Below the pieces are notes generated by a model that saw only the letters and a list, made by a program, of their open reading frames with translations, was not told the origin of the DNA and did not search any database. This document shows positions 48,501 to 51,100 of a stretch of DNA of 51,100 nucleotides, piece after piece. This stretch comes from Neoconidiobolus thromboides FSU 785. Lineage: Eukaryota; Fungi; Entomophthoromycota. The position numbers and the translations under genes were made by a program. The stretch spans positions 1-51,100 of the forward strand of contig MU626400.1 in NCBI GenBank assembly GCA_025603075.1, written 5' to 3'. Positions within the stretch are counted from its first letter, which is position 1. Each line of letters opens with the position of its first letter.

Positions 48501-50381
48501 ACAAGGAGATGTTAAAGAATTAATACCAGAGTTTTTTTATTTACCTGAATTTTTAAAAAATTCAAATCGATTTGATTTAGGTCAAACTCAATCAGGTGTT
48601 CGAGTAGATGATGTAAGTTTACCCCCATGGGCTTATTCACCCGAACATTTCATAAAAATTCATCGTGAAGCGTTAGAATCGGATTATGTTAGTCAAAATT
48701 TACATCATTGGATTGATTTAATTTTTGGCTATAAACAAACTGGTGAAGAAGCTATTAAAGCTTATAATACTTTTTATTATTTAACTTATGAAGGAGCTAT
48801 TGATTTAGATTCTATTAAAGATTTAAATCAAAGAAAAAGTATGGAATCTCAAATTTATTATTTTGGTCAAACACCTTCGAAAATATTTAATTCACCACAT
48901 CCACAGCGATATTTTAAAAATAATAGGTTAAGTATACCTAATAAAATATACGATAAAGATCCCAACATTTGGGATAATAAATTTCAAGGTTATAAAACTT
49001 ATCTATTTAAATTGCCTTGTCAAACATTTGCTTATTTAGCTATTACATCCAATCAAAAAGGAAACAATATCAATTCATTGACTTCTAACTATTTAAAAAA
49101 TAATCAACGCCATATTATTACTATTGATAAATTAGGTACTCTAGGTTATCATCGATTATTGATTCATGAACCCAATGATAATACGATATTAGATGATATT
49201 GCGCCCTTTTCACTAGAAATTAATCAAACGTGGAAAGGAAGATTTATAATACCATCTCCATTTGCCCATAATATTAAATTAACAAGTAAATTATTTTTAT
49301 TATCGTCCGATGGGCAATATTTATTTTCTTGTGGTCATTGGGACAATTGTATTAAATTAATTCATATACCAAGTGAAAAAATAGTAGCGTCTATGGAAGC
49401 TCATAAAGATATAATTACTTGTTGTGCAATGAGTGAAAATTATCAATGGTTAGTAACAGGTTCAAAAGCCTCTAGTGTCTTCTCGTGGTGTTTAGAAGAT
49501 AATAGTAAAGGAAATAAAGGTAGTGCAAATATATTAAAAAGAAGACAAACTAGAATGAGAAGTAATTCAAATGAACTGGGACCGAAACAAATTAATAATA
49601 ATAATAATAATAATAATGGTAGTGGATTATTGAATAGTCACTGTAAACCTCAATTAGCTTTTTATGGTCACAATGATACGGTGACTTGTTTAGCTGTTAA
49701 TTATGAGCATGATTTATTAGTTAGTGGATCTAAGGTTTGTTTTTCACTTTTATTTTATTGCAGTCTAAAACAATATTGTTCATTAGGATGGTACTTGTAT
49801 TATACATTCTTTAAGAACTGGTTTGTTTTTAAGATCATTATCACCTCATTTTAATTTAACAGGAAATATCAATATTCAATTTGTATTAATTAATTCAGAA
49901 GCATTAATTATTGTGTTTTCGGAGGTGCAAGTAAGTATCTTTTAAGCTAAACCTATTATTATTTCTATATATTGGAAGATCAATGAATAGATATTAATAA
50001 TTTTTTACTTTTATTTAGAATACACATTATATTCATGTATATACAATTAACGGTAGTTTATTATGTTCAATTGAACTAGAAAATCAGATCAATGATGTTA
50101 AATTGGCACCGGATAATCAGTTTTTGTTTGTAGTTAATGAAGCAGCGAAGTTTGAGATCTTCCATGTATTCAGGTAATTTTTAATAGTTTTTTTGATACT
50201 TTAATAATTTCTAAATAATTAATAATTAATAACTAACTATATTTAATTTATTTTTAGTTTAAAACGTGTATTAGCTTTAGATTTACCCTTGGTTCCAACT
50301 ACTATTTGGTTTGAACCTAAATTCAATTTGTTTATTTTAGGTTGTTCAGATGGTAAGTTGTTGTCCATTGATTTTCAATAA
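42565..50381 (+). CDS. BEACH-domain protein, neurobeachin-like (NBEAL-type: ConA-like domain, PH, BEACH, WD40), ~7 exons
   Basis: GYSFFTWIRLE..KRWYFISISH (ConA-like), [101 protein letters not shown], WD repeats. GT-AG introns join the track fragments; stop at 50379-50381. Confidence 0.93.
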
Positions 50382-50560
50382 ACTTAACAGTTTTGTTGTA
50401 TATTATTTAATAAATTAAATTAAATTAAATTGATTTTATTTGGTGTCTTGATTTTGATAGAATATAAATAAACTTCGAGTAAAAAGTTATTCATTTCATA
50501 ATAAAATAGAACTTCGTTTGAATTCATTTCATTTCTACTGAAATGAAAATAAAAAGTAAT

Positions 50561-50664
50561 ATATCGGGTTTTTTTTTGGCTTCATCGCTTTCTCGATCTT
50601 TTGAGCGCTATTTGAGAGGAAAAACTATTAGAAAAATTCTCAAACACAGAATACATCCCCATAT
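50561..50664 (-). mobile_element. MITE-A copy adjacent to the transposase 3' end
   Basis: (T)ATATCGGGTT...GAGCGCTATTTGAG...ACATCCCCATAT(A). Confidence 0.85.
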
Positions 50665-50700
50665 AATTAAAACAAGTATAATCATTATTCTAATAAAATA

Positions 50701-51100
50701 TTAAATAGACTTCAGTTGATTGTCTGGTAACATAAATCCATTAATAGGCTCACCATTCAAACATAATTGATTAAAAGAATTAGCTTTGTCAATAAACAGT
50801 TGAATTTTTTCTTGTTCAGTATTTCGAACAATTCCATTTTCAATTAAATAAATCAATTGTTCTCTAGTTTTAAATGCTTGATCTTTAATATACTTATATA
50901 TTTCATTAAAAAAATATTCGATTGGATTCATAAAAATTGAATAAGGTGGGTAAAAAATTAATTCAATATTATATTGATTTAAACTGTTTTGGAATTCCAG
51001 TTGATTCGGACCAAAGCCATGAAAAGATGAATTATCTAAATAAACAATGCAATTTTTGAATTTCATTAAATTTTCATCAAAAAACTGGACCATTTTTTCA
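50701..51100 (-). mobile_element. IS630-Tc1-mariner (DDE_3) transposase C-terminal part, truncated by the window edge
   Basis: IVYLDNSSFH...IELIFYPPYSIFMNPIEYFF matches the D-N..H / PPYSP.LNPIE catalytic motifs. The frame is open to the window end. Confidence 0.85.

Overview
Very AT-rich eukaryotic DNA in the standard code, with many short (~44-61 nt) GT-AG introns. It is most likely an early-diverging fungus (Entomophthorales-like; inferred, not proven). All identities come from motif recognition by eye; no database search was run. Left arm (1-12.3 kb): a tandem array with a ~1.7-kb period of small intronless genes. They share an I-x-x-[QE]-P-x4-M motif, N-terminal PPxY-type motifs in some members and Cys-rich or Gly-rich tails, and one member is pseudogenised. 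Middle: UTP14, MPC2 (absent from the ORF track), two aldo-keto reductases, THP3/LENG8-like, an intronless 7TM receptor, an LRR + BC-box-like + Cys-cluster gene (LRRC58/LRRC28-like) head-to-head with COQ3, and a decayed ORF of five tandem HTH modules. Right arm: an ABCC transporter, tRNA-Glu(TTC), an NBEAL-type BEACH protein and a truncated Tc1/mariner/IS630 transposase with D38E spacing. About 20 copies of a ~105-bp TA-flanked quasi-palindromic MITE-like element are scattered through intergenic DNA, and there is one unrelated ~400-bp TIR element.
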